Counted from the stretch's first letter, positions 20,201-30,600 are shown. The stretch is 64,000 nucleotides of DNA from a virus (IMGVR_UViG_3300021963_000033); one strand, 5' to 3'. Numbers and translations: made by a program. Notes: generated by a model not told the origin, from the sequence alone.

Positions 20201-20224
20201 AGATACATTTAAATTCAGTGCCAT
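14216..20224 (-). CDS. large virion structural protein, VrlC/DUF4815-like
   Basis: NLNVSPYYDDFD...RVLFKPGYAVQARELTQLQ N-terminus, RRTYDESGNY, DPIAQTFYV and KYISRRVVL motifs. Confidence 0.85.
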   Translation of the reverse strand: MALNLNVSPYYDDFDDTKNFNRVLFKPGYAVQARELTQLQTLLQTQIGKFGDHIFKNGSVVQGCEFKLDSERAFVKIADANADNDTLADYVGDTVTGGTTGITAVIIDTATGTEAELPNLKTLYLRYTSGDGSSTAVHFEGGETLTVSSTDSGRNGDTFVVDNTYDEAEPINSYWGIASALTVDDGIVYIDGKFVNHTAQTIILSKYSNLPTVKVGFQIVENTVSSEDDQTLLDPAQGSFNYAAPGADRYQVSTTLVKYGPEETLPATFSQLVDIVNGEIQRTYTANIYGELGKNMARRTYDESGNYAVRQFPVLIKEHLNVDGNNGLRELNTVDPERGGSKDLLAIGLEAGKAYVRGFEHETFQTEYVVVPKGLTTVNQQEIPISTAYGNYILVNEFCGLWDLNGGDRVSLRGAAAGAVTATTFSATSAPGSEVGTARVRQIVYESGTAGAAAAEYRLYLYDITMSSGDFKDVRGIFYNDAAADGHADVVLDVNSNAVLQETSFNKSLYRIPARATKTIAPNNVYDNSFIYTKEFDGELNASGQVTITLSGDETFPYDAFTSTIKNNNFTMVLKEAATIDSNPKPIGSNIDLTGATFTKNSAQSITIDLTGAVTSAPKQVKLYVNVQSANAQPITKVLREDRYVVINTNTHPSTSGGTYSLGLSDVYRIKNIYTFPYTTSDTDIAIAIAANNATDIASSFTLDSGQRDNEYRNAKIIKKPSAPSLVDKKLVVKLDYYTHDGASADGTFFTVDSYPIDDTGATAATIKTQDIPVYNSPITGESFDLRDTLDFRVRFTDSAANSTTVASATTNPSEGASISAPSVGITNPVPTEQFTTDLEYYLGRTDRLIIDSEGIFSSIYGTPSLAPLTPAEPENAMSLAIISIPPYPSLAPNVAKSVNRPDYGVSFRTIDNRRYTMRDIGVLEQRINRLEYYTSLSLLEKAASDLSIPDGAGLDRFKNGILVDAFTGHNVGNVFDSAYHISIDPSKKEMRPFFYLENIDLAFDYANSTNVYKTGDLITLPYVNIDMTSNPFASKPRNCVGELLFNYIGNMELDPPVDNWTDTAQQPDVSVNFDGNYDAWETMTDAWGTQWGDWQDVVTGRTAVGQSSETVAGNTTLRGDTFLQQQTQVVTTTIEQRQTRQGVSLSVTPETQTQRTGARVTNTSIIPFMRSVTVTFIAQRLKPNTRVFPFFDGVGVADHCRPLDFDPATDVKPTDPAAYSSYADGNYGDPLITNAQGVCVGQFRIPAGTFRTGDKNFRLCDDQFNRDAFITTASTKTWSANGLSQNVQDTVISTRVANIELNSTSDSRSVFETERTENRIADRTVGVVQTTVNNTFTTVNNITNIDNTVTNTTVINETNITNIIQDPPLVSGDPPVDPTPVVVPIADTPTSNPCEPVTTCWEESEVVIGGLGGFGGLVNGSIETVTVPAGCNTVNPCARPPAGRDPIAQTFYVEGMPFGCYVTNLDIYFRTKSSSAPITLQIREVVNGYPGNKVIPFGEVTLNPAAVNVSETAATATTFTFPSPVYLQNNTEYCFVLLPAGNNPDYNIWVSELGENELGTENRISEQPHIGVLFTSANNRSWTAWQKEDIKFTLRRADFAINTVGSLVMKNMDVDFLKFDSFSDGNFEAGDTVHGFSFNISNPGSGYTNGTIAHTLSGGGATTNATVDVTISGGAVTDVVVTNPGAGYTGNPTLTISSGGGSSAVVTVTLNRAFVKQYDSLYNVGKLLVNSGSFTANDIVGNGTTYAEVTEIENKQLNVLETNMGCIDHTPATISWSVAPTATGAGAGGTSFEGINFGQEHELSYEAQVYSYSNEQADLGGDKSLTVRAGMMTQTSTVSPVIDTRKCSIIAIANDINNVNTNEDGNNGLAASKYISRRVVLDDGQDAEDLKVYLSNKIPTGCDVKVYGRFQNATDASNFDDLDWIELDLTNSPLDSAAKSGFVEYEYTIPTANKNAGVLEYTIGSATFSGYKSFAVKVVPLSSNSSVVPRVRELRAIALQV

Positions 20225-20238
20225 ATTTTATGTCTCTC

Positions 20239-21876
20239 TTAAAATTTTAGAATTGCTCTAATTTTTTCTATCTGGTCTTGTTGGCGTACGATAAATTCTC
20301 TATTGTCCAGATATATAATTTCACCAGTTGTATTATCTATTTCCGGAGTTGCTAATGCCACAGTTTCACCACTCACATCTGTATTTATTACTAAATTTGA
20401 GATCGATTGTGTAGTATTAGTCAACGTGCTTGATGTAGTAATGATAGGAATTATCGGCAAGAGATAGATACTATCATCCGTACCGTCGCCATCAGCATCA
20501 ACTTTTTGTATAACAATAAACTTACCACCGCTGTCAGTAGTAATAACATCATCTAGAGCATAGTTCTGTGGATCTAAGACTTGAATGACGTAACAACATG
20601 TTCCAGTAGTATCTTGAAAATTGTTATTACTATTGAAAATTAATGGATTTTTTATTACTCCGATTTGTCTAAAATCGTTGTTCAAGAACAAATCTGCGCT
20701 ATCGTTAGTAAGGTTTACTGAAAATCCAACATTGGTAGCAAACAATTCTTTCTGTGCATTTGCGCCATGTCCTGCCTTTGGTGATACGACTGCAACAATT
20801 TCTGCGCCCGCACCTTCAGCACCAGCAATCGTAACATCTGCAAATGTGTAACCCGAACCTCGGTTAGTTATTGTTACTGAGGTAATAGAACCATCATCGG
20901 GATTAATATCTAAAATTGCTTCTGCGCCAGATCCATCACCAACAATTGCCACTGCTGCATCACCATCAACATAATCGATACCACCAGAAACAATTTCTAG
21001 TCTATCAATCGTTCCAGGAATTGCTGCATTCTCAACATCTTCTTGGACAGTTCCGGATTCAGTTGCACCCAACGAAACGGATGCTGCTGCGCCTGAACCA
21101 CCACCACCAGAAAACGTAATATACGCAAAACTATATCCGGATCCGGATTCGGTAAGAGATATGCTAGTAACTTCTCCGCCTGAAACGGAAGCAGTCGCGA
21201 CTGCGCCTACACCATCACCATTAATGATGACAGTTGGTGCAGTTTCATATGACGATCCAGCGTCTGTGATGGTAATTGTGTCTATCTCACCATTGACGTC
21301 GAATTCAGGATCTCCTGAACCTGCAATCTTTCTAACTGGAATATATTCAGGTGTCAAGAATTTAATTTTATCTGACGCTTCAACCTTGAACATGAATTTC
21401 CAAATATATCCATCAGCAGTTTCGATTGCTGATGTTGAAGTTCCTGTTGGTTTTACTGCGCTCTCAGCACCATTATTATTGGAAATACATTTGTAAACAT
21501 GATCATCATCAGTTAAAACATAAAATTGCGCGTCTTTTAATGAAAGAGCGCCACTGCTTGCAGTATATGCATTACCATCTGCGTCCAGTTCGCCGTATTT
21601 GTCATCATACTGATCAAAGACAGTCCCAGAAACCCAATCGATTCTTGCAACCATTAGAGCAGTATCACTCGACTGGATGCGCTTTACGAACAGCATGTTT
21701 CTGCTTGATGTGTTAGCATAACGTGTAGAATCAACTGGTACTTCAGGCGATTCTTCGTCATCCCACTCAGTTGTTCTGCCTACAAAGAAATAGAAGAAGT
21801 CGTTCTCGTTGTAAATATCACGATAGAGACTTCTTGCTATTTCTGTGCGACCTGCTGATCGTAGAAGAAGTGTCAT
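20239..21876 (-). CDS. gp8: baseplate wedge subunit gp8-like
   Basis: YFFVGR..W, RIDWVSG..FDQYDD, FYVLTDDDHVYKCISNN, DGYIWKFMF, FRQIGVIKNP, GEIIYLDNR. Confidence 0.85.
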   Translation of the reverse strand: MTLLLRSAGRTEIARSLYRDIYNENDFFYFFVGRTTEWDDEESPEVPVDSTRYANTSSRNMLFVKRIQSSDTALMVARIDWVSGTVFDQYDDKYGELDADGNAYTASSGALSLKDAQFYVLTDDDHVYKCISNNNGAESAVKPTGTSTSAIETADGYIWKFMFKVEASDKIKFLTPEYIPVRKIAGSGDPEFDVNGEIDTITITDAGSSYETAPTVIINGDGVGAVATASVSGGEVTSISLTESGSGYSFAYITFSGGGGSGAAASVSLGATESGTVQEDVENAAIPGTIDRLEIVSGGIDYVDGDAAVAIVGDGSGAEAILDINPDDGSITSVTITNRGSGYTFADVTIAGAEGAGAEIVAVVSPKAGHGANAQKELFATNVGFSVNLTNDSADLFLNNDFRQIGVIKNPLIFNSNNNFQDTTGTCCYVIQVLDPQNYALDDVITTDSGGKFIVIQKVDADGDGTDDSIYLLPIIPIITTSSTLTNTTQSISNLVINTDVSGETVALATPEIDNTTGEIIYLDNREFIVRQQDQIEKIRAILKF

Positions 21877-21882
21877 GTTATA

Positions 21883-22332
21883 TTACGAGATCGTTACCGT
21901 CCAAGTGATTGTCATGCTGTCTGACGCACCCTTGTTAATGACAGCGAATTCAGTGCGGCAAAGCATTGTTCCGCTTGTTAAAGCATTGAAAATGCCTGCT
22001 TCAGTTACAGCGCCAGTTCCTGAACCTGCGCCAAACGTTGCAACATATTGAATCGCATTCGCGGTTACAGTTGTCGAAGTCAGTGCAACCCGCGCACCAA
22101 GTGGAGTTTCCAGAGCAGTATCGCCTGCTGCTGGATTTGTTGTGCCCGAACCAACTGCCATGTGCGACATCGCGCCCAGAGTAGTATCTTTCATACGCGA
22201 AGCAATATAAGCAAGACCTGCGTCAACAACAAGGTTAGGAACAGTTACTTCTTGTGTAACATTTCCTGCATTGTCGCGAAGAACGATGTTTAGTTCGCCC
22301 TTAGTACCTTTTACGTTTTCGATTAGTTTCAT
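21883..22332 (-). CDS. baseplate/tail-fibre-associated structural protein
   Basis: NLVVDAG...MAVGSG...TEAGIFNA...MLCRTEF...TITWT pattern. Confidence 0.7.
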   Translation of the reverse strand: MKLIENVKGTKGELNIVLRDNAGNVTQEVTVPNLVVDAGLAYIASRMKDTTLGAMSHMAVGSGTTNPAAGDTALETPLGARVALTSTTVTANAIQYVATFGAGSGTGAVTEAGIFNALTSGTMLCRTEFAVINKGASDSMTITWTVTIS

Positions 22333-22348
22333 TTGATTTACCTTCTTC

Positions 22349-25330
22349 TTAGTTAAAGTATGTTACTTGACCAACATAGTCCGAACCAAAGTCGCCATCA
22401 ACATAGTTTTGCGTGTTCACAATACCATCTTCGGTGACTGTTACTGTTTCGAATAGTCCTTTAAGTGTATTTATAAGCGATTGTTCAGCAGCAGCAATAG
22501 AATCTATCGTTGCAGAGTCATTCGCAACAATTAATAATTCAGTTGCACCTGCATCATCAGTTTTAACCAGATATGGAATTATACCAACTGTATCAGTTGA
22601 CGTAACAGATTCAGTCAAATATTTATACAGATGATTGGTTGACGACTCAGATGCAGATGCTGTATCTTCATCAACTTCTTCGCTATTACCTAGTGGGCGT
22701 TCTATACCAGCACTAGCGTATTCATGTGTGATCACAGATTCTGCAAACGTTCTATAATACTCTACCGTTCTGGCGAATGTATCTGACTTTGTCGCTGTAT
22801 CTGTCAGAGGTTTACTCATCACAAACGCTTGTGATTCTGTGGTTGTTGCCGCTTCAGCAATAACCTTTCCAAAATCAAATTCAGTAGTATCTGCTGCAAC
22901 ATAATTTTCATCAAAGAAATCTTCAGCGTATGGGACTTGTAAGAAAATTGTTTCTTGAAGAACCTTATCAAAATCAGTAATTGCGTTTTCGGCAGTAATT
23001 GTTGTTTCGTTTACTTCTCTGACGTATTGAACGACACGATCGAACACATCTGTTGTTTCTGTAGTATCACCTTCATCTGCATAAATGCCTACCGTAAAAT
23101 CAAGAGATACTATATCTGCTGTGGTAGCAGCATCAGTCAATACTTTGAAAACATGATTGCTATTCGCGTCTGCTACTTCTGCAGAGTCGGTAAGAACTTT
23201 AATGAAGTCTACTGCATAATAGAATGTTTCAGCAGAAAGTTCTTCAAGCACAAACTCATAGATATGCAGAGGTTGTATTGGTGTTGTAATGTATTGACTG
23301 AAGTCAACAGTCTGCTCGATGGTAAGTTCACCAAAGATAGCAGTACCTGCAGGATGCGCGGTATTCTTAACAATATCCAACCATTTATTAGATGGAACAT
23401 TTGAGCGAATTACATATGAATAGTTCTGATAATAGAAGTTATCTTGTAGTCTGTTGACGTTAGACAACATACCACGCGAGTCTTTAAATCTGCCAGTCTT
23501 GACATTCACTGCGCCTGTAGTAAATGACAGCGTAGCAGTACAACCAAGTTCCGACTCAATTATTGCAGTGAATGTTTCACGTTCAAAGTCGAACCCTGTA
23601 TCGAAAATACTTACCGCAGTCGGACAACCATCATCATCAACTGCATCTATTCTAATAGACGCTTTGTTATCTCTACCAACAAGAGTATATGGATTTAATC
23701 CAACATCAGTTTCATTGTATTTGTTTAAGAAATAATCAAGACTGTCTGGATCATAATCAATAGTATAAGAACCAACTGAACCTGTTTCGTCAATGGAGAA
23801 AATATCACCAACAGTAAATCCGCATGGTGGTGTTCCACTGCAATCGATAACATTAACCGTTTCTAGTTGGCGAACAATATAACCGTATTGCGTAACAGTC
23901 GTTCCCGAAACAATCTCAACTTTAGTTCGGATTGCTTCTGTAGAAAACGTAACAGCAGGTTCTGTTGAATATCCAGAACCACCATTGGTAATAATAACAT
24001 GGGAGATTTCACCAGTATCAGTTAATACTGTTCTTGCTACTGCGCCTTCGCCTGTCGACGAAGTAAACTGGACTGCTGGTGCCGCAAAGTATCCATTACC
24101 ACCATCAGTAACAGGTTCATAAAGTCTGTTGTTTCCTGGGTCGGCGGGTGAAATATTAATCGCCGTACCTAATGCTGCGTTGTTTGCAGTCAATGCCAAT
24201 TTTATTTCGTTGGAATTTAGTGCGATTACATAGTATATCAAATACTCTGTTAATCCACCAAGGACATGTCCTGCACCTTTGGAATATATTACAACATCGC
24301 CAGTTGAATAACCATGATCACTTATTGTGATCACATTGGTCGAATCGTTCACATCTGTCGATGAATCGAATTCAGTGTAGTCATTGCCGACGACTGCCTT
24401 TACTTGACCGCCTGCGACGAGCGCAGAAGCAACTGCACCAGCACCTGGAACTAAAATTCTTGCATTTTTTGGTAGACTTGTTACCAACTCATAAACAGCA
24501 GGGAAAACATACGCAAATTTAGTTACATTGTTTATGTTGGTTTCAACAGTTCTTTCATATGTTACAGACGAGATATTCTCATAGTATGTAATTCTGACTG
24601 ATTTACTGCTGAGATCAAACGGATTTGCTGTGATTGCTGAATCGACTGCAAGTTTTAATGTTACGTCTTCGATCCAAATACCATCAGATGCACGAAGGAT
24701 CTGTTCGGATGGATAAAAGATTTCTGTGCGTTCGTTGTATAGAATTCTAAAGAGAAGTTCTATTGCCTTCTCTGAACCTTTTGCTTCATAGAACTGCTTG
24801 ATGAATTTGATTAATCTTCTATCATCAATCTGCGCACCAAGCGGGAAGTTTTGCGCATACTGGTTCTTAAACTTAGGAATGAATGTATCAAGTGTTCTGT
24901 TGATATCAAAATTTTTCTCGTAATTGAGAAGGAAATTGTTTACCTGATTTTCTTCGTCCAGAAACTCATAATATTTTTCCAGAAACGTGATGAATACAGG
25001 ATATTCGGTACGAACAAAATCAGGAAGTTGATTTGCGATCAGATGACTTAATGATTGCTTGAACCCATTATATTCATTATCAATATACACCATGTTTGCG
25101 GTTGCTGCAGCACCAGAACCATTGCCGCCAGAAAATGTAATTGATGGCGGCGAAAGATAGTCATATCCCGCTGATGTTACTGTGATTGAAGAGACTTTTC
25201 CGCCTGCAATCGTAGCAGTAGCAGTTGCATTGCCACCAATATTAACTGTGGGTGCAGAGGTATATCCTGAACCACCATCAGTTACTGTTATACTTGCAAC
25301 CTTTTTGTAATATGATGTGGTTTCTGTCAT
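22349..25330 (-). CDS. gp7: baseplate wedge initiator gp7-like with C-terminal repeat extension
   Basis: QLPDFVRTEYPVFITFLEKYYEFL, FYEAKGSEKAIELLFRILY, LQDNFYYQNYSYVI...HPAG. Follows gp6. Confidence 0.75.
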   Translation of the reverse strand: MTETTSYYKKVASITVTDGGSGYTSAPTVNIGGNATATATIAGGKVSSITVTSAGYDYLSPPSITFSGGNGSGAAATANMVYIDNEYNGFKQSLSHLIANQLPDFVRTEYPVFITFLEKYYEFLDEENQVNNFLLNYEKNFDINRTLDTFIPKFKNQYAQNFPLGAQIDDRRLIKFIKQFYEAKGSEKAIELLFRILYNERTEIFYPSEQILRASDGIWIEDVTLKLAVDSAITANPFDLSSKSVRITYYENISSVTYERTVETNINNVTKFAYVFPAVYELVTSLPKNARILVPGAGAVASALVAGGQVKAVVGNDYTEFDSSTDVNDSTNVITISDHGYSTGDVVIYSKGAGHVLGGLTEYLIYYVIALNSNEIKLALTANNAALGTAINISPADPGNNRLYEPVTDGGNGYFAAPAVQFTSSTGEGAVARTVLTDTGEISHVIITNGGSGYSTEPAVTFSTEAIRTKVEIVSGTTVTQYGYIVRQLETVNVIDCSGTPPCGFTVGDIFSIDETGSVGSYTIDYDPDSLDYFLNKYNETDVGLNPYTLVGRDNKASIRIDAVDDDGCPTAVSIFDTGFDFERETFTAIIESELGCTATLSFTTGAVNVKTGRFKDSRGMLSNVNRLQDNFYYQNYSYVIRSNVPSNKWLDIVKNTAHPAGTAIFGELTIEQTVDFSQYITTPIQPLHIYEFVLEELSAETFYYAVDFIKVLTDSAEVADANSNHVFKVLTDAATTADIVSLDFTVGIYADEGDTTETTDVFDRVVQYVREVNETTITAENAITDFDKVLQETIFLQVPYAEDFFDENYVAADTTEFDFGKVIAEAATTTESQAFVMSKPLTDTATKSDTFARTVEYYRTFAESVITHEYASAGIERPLGNSEEVDEDTASASESSTNHLYKYLTESVTSTDTVGIIPYLVKTDDAGATELLIVANDSATIDSIAAAEQSLINTLKGLFETVTVTEDGIVNTQNYVDGDFGSDYVGQVTYFN

Positions 25331-25333
25331 CTA

Positions 25334-27220
25334 TTATTCTTGCGAATTAGCAACTGCCGTAATCGACAGACCTGCGGGAATGTTTACTGCAGAATTTGCA
25401 GCGCTCGTATCTAACGTCAACACAGTATTTCTAGCAGCATATGGGAAAACTGCTGCAGTGGATGTATCTGATGTTGATGCCAAATCCGTTGTTAGGATAT
25501 TCGGTGCATCGCCAAACGGTTCAACATAGATTCTGAGTTCTGTTTCCGAACCAGTATTGATTATGAGATCCGTTATATTGACAACGCCTGTAGTATAATC
25601 GACAGTCCCTGCATCAGAAAGGACAATAACATCATCTGATGCTCGTTTCATAACAAGAGTTCCGTTATCACCAACTGTTGCATCGTGTTGGTCAGTTATG
25701 TAAACAACGTATTCTTGTGTTCCAATAGTAGTATTGAAAGTTGTGGTCTTTAGCGTTTCAATTTCCAGCGGACCATTGAATCTGACCACATAATCTTCGG
25801 CTACTGGCGAAAATACTGGAATTCGTTTGTGCATCAGCACTTGAATACTGGCAGAGAAAATAGACTGTGTCGTTCCAACAACTGCCGACAGTAATTTAGA
25901 GTAATAAAAGTTTTTCTGTAACTTGTTGACATTGTTCGTAAAGAAACTTTGCACAACTTCTCTGACCTCAGACTCAATTCTCGAGGAGGTGAGAGATGTA
26001 ATTGTCTTATTATAATTTACTGAGATATTCAATCCGATGTATGTTTCGATCGGGTCTACGAATTCAGGTTGAATAGATACAACACTTCGCGGTCTAATAA
26101 TATCTCTGGCAATAATATCTTTATCTGCTTGGGAGACAATGGATCCTGGTAAAGGTTGAATGGATATAAAAACCTTTCCATAAATCGGTGGGTTGTTTTC
26201 TTCACCACCCCAAACAGCAATAGAATTAATATTAGCAAATCTGGATCTGATCAATGTTTCATAATCATCAGACGTAACAACACGATTCTTTGTTGCGTTG
26301 AATTTCGGAGCATTGTATCGAATGCTATCCACGCTTTCTTTTTCTCTACCGCCAGTAGCAGCAGATTCCAGATATACTGTCTTGATCTCGCCTGTTGCTG
26401 TGAATGTATTAGTTGATGAGAAGTTTGGAATTGAATTTGCTGACGTCCCGCTGCTGACAATATATTCGATAATTACAACATTTCCTACTGAAAGTTTTTT
26501 ACCTAGAATGTCATCACCGAAGCGAACTTCATAGAGACCCGATGGACCTTCCTCAACAAAAAATGCTCTAGTTTGTGAATCAACCAACATCAGATCATCA
26601 TAAAAATTCCAAACAGTCGTAGAGATTACTGCAGAAGATTCCTGCACTCTTACTCTGATTGTAGTAGTATCAATATTTTGATTCGGTAAAACAAAAGGAC
26701 CAGACTGATTTGAAGGATCGACAGTGAATGTGTTTGTTACTCGCTTCCCTTCAATTAATTCTATCGGAAAACTAAACCCAGTGTCACCATTTTGCAGAGT
26801 AACTAATCCTGAATAATAATCTTCTTTCGGATAAAAAGTATAACTGTTATTTGCTGTTTTACCAATAAATTGTGTAGTTCTCGGTAAAGTTAAACTTGTT
26901 CCGGTAAACGATTGTGGTGGTTTGACCTCAAAAATTACATCAGCAACTGCAGATTTAGTCGAGGTTGGAGTATAACCAAGGGTTTTTGCAATAGAAGTAA
27001 CAGAATTTCTTTTTACTGCGCTGTCAATAAACATTTCATTTGCTTGAAGGTGCGCAAGTGTAGCGTTATAGTGCGTATTATATGCAAGAATATCCATCAG
27101 GATCGTCAAACCAGCGCCGTCAAAGTTGTAGTCTTGGAATTCTTCCTGTGACTGCAAATACGCCTTTAGGTTTTGTTTGATTGTTTCAAAATCTAACTCA
27201 GTAACATTTAATTGCGCCAT
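25334..27220 (-). CDS. gp6: baseplate wedge subunit gp6
   Basis: TELDFETIKQNLKAYL..QEEFQDYNFDG..L..LMDILAYNTHY, RVVTSDDYETL, VWGGEENNPPIYGKVFISI. Confidence 0.92.
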   Translation of the reverse strand: MAQLNVTELDFETIKQNLKAYLQSQEEFQDYNFDGAGLTILMDILAYNTHYNATLAHLQANEMFIDSAVKRNSVTSIAKTLGYTPTSTKSAVADVIFEVKPPQSFTGTSLTLPRTTQFIGKTANNSYTFYPKEDYYSGLVTLQNGDTGFSFPIELIEGKRVTNTFTVDPSNQSGPFVLPNQNIDTTTIRVRVQESSAVISTTVWNFYDDLMLVDSQTRAFFVEEGPSGLYEVRFGDDILGKKLSVGNVVIIEYIVSSGTSANSIPNFSSTNTFTATGEIKTVYLESAATGGREKESVDSIRYNAPKFNATKNRVVTSDDYETLIRSRFANINSIAVWGGEENNPPIYGKVFISIQPLPGSIVSQADKDIIARDIIRPRSVVSIQPEFVDPIETYIGLNISVNYNKTITSLTSSRIESEVREVVQSFFTNNVNKLQKNFYYSKLLSAVVGTTQSIFSASIQVLMHKRIPVFSPVAEDYVVRFNGPLEIETLKTTTFNTTIGTQEYVVYITDQHDATVGDNGTLVMKRASDDVIVLSDAGTVDYTTGVVNITDLIINTGSETELRIYVEPFGDAPNILTTDLASTSDTSTAAVFPYAARNTVLTLDTSAANSAVNIPAGLSITAVANSQE

Positions 27221-27221
27221 C

Positions 27222-27620
27222 TTATCTGCTTCTTCTTAGAATGGTTGTGAACGAGACGGGATCCTTTACACCAACAACATAAAAATAAATTGTAATCTCA
27301 AATGCATTTTCATCATATAATGGAACCACATCAACTTGCTGTGTTCTTACTCTGGGTTCATGTTTATTGATCAATAACTCAAGACGCAATTTCAACGAAT
27401 TTGCAGTAATCATATCCACGTTATCAAATAACATACCATAGACTGGTGAACCAAGTTTTGGTTGAAATGGACGCTCATAATAGTTGGTCAGTATCAAAGT
27501 TTTCAGCGATTGCTTTACCGCATTCGCATCATACTTTTTCGTGACGTCACCCGTAATAGGGTGCGCCTGAAAGGATAAATCAATATCCGAATAGATTCTG
27601 GTTACTTGTTTTGTCGTCAT
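27222..27620 (-). CDS. gp25: baseplate wedge subunit gp25
   Basis: YSDIDLSF..HP.TGD, AVKQSLKTLILTNYYERPFQPKLGS, EPRV. Confidence 0.92.
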   Translation of the reverse strand: MTTKQVTRIYSDIDLSFQAHPITGDVTKKYDANAVKQSLKTLILTNYYERPFQPKLGSPVYGMLFDNVDMITANSLKLRLELLINKHEPRVRTQQVDVVPLYDENAFEITIYFYVVGVKDPVSFTTILRRSR

Positions 27621-27625
27621 ACCTT

Positions 27626-27633
27626 TATTTATA
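27626..27633 (-). promoter_or_regulatory. T4-type late promoter TATAAATA
   Basis: Exact consensus immediately upstream of gp25. Confidence 0.75.
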
Positions 27634-27641
27634 ATGCATTT

Positions 27642-30600
27642 TTAGAAATATTGGAATCTATATGGTGATGGTCCGAGTCTAGATGCCTTTGAAGTCTGCA
27701 CTGCAGAGAAGTGCTGCCCTCTTTGTGATCTATTATACCAGAAATAACCAATATGGACCCATGCAGTCTTGCGATTTGCGGTTTCGGCAAGAACTTGGTC
27801 GTGGGCGAATCGTTCAGAAATCCATTTGGCAATATCGACGTGTTTTCTTTTGTCGTATTTCGACCATTGAATATCAATAGCAGCGTAAGCATGTGCGCTG
27901 TTTCCATTTCCTGGTCTATACCCTGAGGTGATTATTGGACGACCGAATTCTTTAACGACAGGTTCTAAGATATTAAGCGCCAAACAGCGATAATTCTGCA
28001 CGATATCCCATGGATCCTGAGTAATACCATCTCTCGTATAAGAACTGATTCGATTACAACTACTGACTTTCTTAAAGAATGGCCTAGTAACGAAATCGTC
28101 TAGAATAAAGTTGTCCGAAAGTCTAATACCGCTAGTTGGTCTACCAGTTTTAATTAACGGTGTCAATTTCTTACCGCTAGACATTGTATCACAAGCAGGA
28201 GATGCCTTGATATTACCCGACTTAAATTCACCACCAGCATCACCTGTTCCTGTTCCTGGATCGTTTGGATTAGTAGGATCTGACCCAGATGTATCTCCGT
28301 TTGCTGCCACGCAATTTTCGTCAGAATTATCTTCTTCACCTGGAACGTCGTTGTAAGAATTGTCAGCAGCAGTACCACCGCCTACGCCGCCGCTGCTTCC
28401 GCCAACAAACTGCGAGTTACCGGAAGATGATCTGCTAATTGGTTTTTCAACTGTCTTGATAGTTGCCAGAGGAGCAGGTTCTGCGCAAACTGCTTCGGAT
28501 GCAGAAGCAGGAGCAGTAACTGTAGCAGAAGTTGGTCCAGATATCGGAAGGTCGTGAGTGCTTCCGCCATTGGTGCCAGTATCAGTTCCAGTTGCTCGCA
28601 GATTTGTGCTACCAGCATTCAATGTAGTGACATTTGCAGTCGTAACATCAAGAGTTGAAGTATCAATTGGCGAGGAAGTAACAAGTGGTGCCTTCAGACT
28701 GATATTACCTGCACCCTCGACATTAACTGCAGCATCTGATTTAATTTCAGTTGCTGCGCCCGATTTCGTTTTTATTGCAGCATCAGTACAGAGATTCATA
28801 TCACTCGTCGAGTGATTGTAGAACGAACCTGCTGATTTAATATGAGTGTCCGCCTTAGAAGTGAAATTGAGACCACCTTCTGTTGTCAAGTTAAATTTAC
28901 CAGAAGTATCTGTGGTAAAGTTACCTTTCGCATCAATATCAATATCGCCGACATTCTCAAGCGACATTATACCACCATTTCTAGCGTAAATACCTTCGCC
29001 GACTGAAAGAGAAAGTCTTCCTGCAATATTAACATCGACGTCGTTATGAAAATCCATTGAAACGCGACCATGCATTGATAGGTTGGTATCGCTCATAATA
29101 ATAACATTACAATTACCCGCAACATGAACGTTCGCCATACCCTCGATCATGATATAACCATTCTTGTCTAGAATGGTGTATCCATCGCCGACAATTTTAG
29201 TTACCTTAGTACCATCTGGACCAATCTCGTCAAAGGTTCCTGATCTGTGCGCCCAGTTTAATCTTTCCGATCCAGGCGAGTCATCGATTTCAATTGCATG
29301 ACCTGCCTCTGAACCAAATACCTTATTATATGGATATTGTGCATTATATGGTGATTGCGGTTGTGCCCATGTAGCACCATTTCTACCTGCAGTTTGGACT
29401 TCACGTTTTCTGGTCGCATTTCTTGCTGCAGGTGAAGCGCCAGCACTAAGGGATTCTTTATCGCCCGCAGGAACTTTCGGGTTGCCTGCTATTCCTGGTG
29501 AATTGATGCCTGTAGCAAGTGGGTTGGTATCTGGTTTGTTTACGCTGTCTTTTTTCGGATATACTTTATTTGGATCCTTAAATCCCTTTGTGTCATCTTC
29601 CGGAACAACGTCAGTGTTTAGAGGAACATTATTTGCTCGATAGGTATCAAGCGAGTTTGCCTCCCCGACATTTTCATCACGAGCAGCAACAGGAACTTCT
29701 GTTTTAGGAGGATCAGTGACGTCTGTCTCTTGCGTTTTTGTTTCTAGAGCAATTTTTTCTTGAGTGGTTTCTTTAGTTCGTGTTCCATCTGCACTAATAG
29801 TTTCAACAACAGTAGTCTTTGTTCCATCTGAATTTGATGTTACGGTGGTCGTAATCGTATTACCGTCAGAATCGTTTTTAGAAACGACTTCAGGTTCAGT
29901 AATATTGAGTTGCTTCTTGAGTGGAGCAACATCAGTTTCGAACGATGCTGTAAACTGCTGTTTGAAATTCAACAGAGTGTCATATTTTTCTCGAGGTCCA
30001 ACAATCTTCGCTGCTTGAATAACTTTGTCTAATTGCTTAGTCAAACTATCAAGCGAAACAGGCATGGAGGTTGCGAGTTCAACGCCAGCATAAGAAATCT
30101 TACCTGATATGTTTTGCCCAACAATTGAATATTCAACTTTAACTTTATCAACTGTAAATTCGGACGAAGTTGCTCCACCCTCAACTATTGGAAGTACGGG
30201 AATATCTGGTTTTGCAATACTTACTTTCAGAGGTGTTGTGGAAACAGAATTCCAACCAATGTCATACCAATATTTGGAAGTGATACCATTAGTGTCTTTC
30301 TTAATGATACCGTTCGCATAATTTAGTGCAGTGTCATAATTTACGCAGAGAGCGACTGCTAAAAGACCAGCAGTTACGTTTTCATCAACCTTTGGGGTAA
30401 TAACTCGAGCAGTTAAAAATAAATCGTATACGAAATTCAGATAATCAAATGCAATGGTATCTTGCATTTTACCTGATAGCAGAAAATCTGCGCCGATAGT
30501 CAATGTTTCTTTAGTTGCAATATTTTCTAATTTATTTGCAATGAAATAATACTGTGCGTTATTCTTCGCTTCAATTTTTGATTCAGCAAAATCAACCTTC

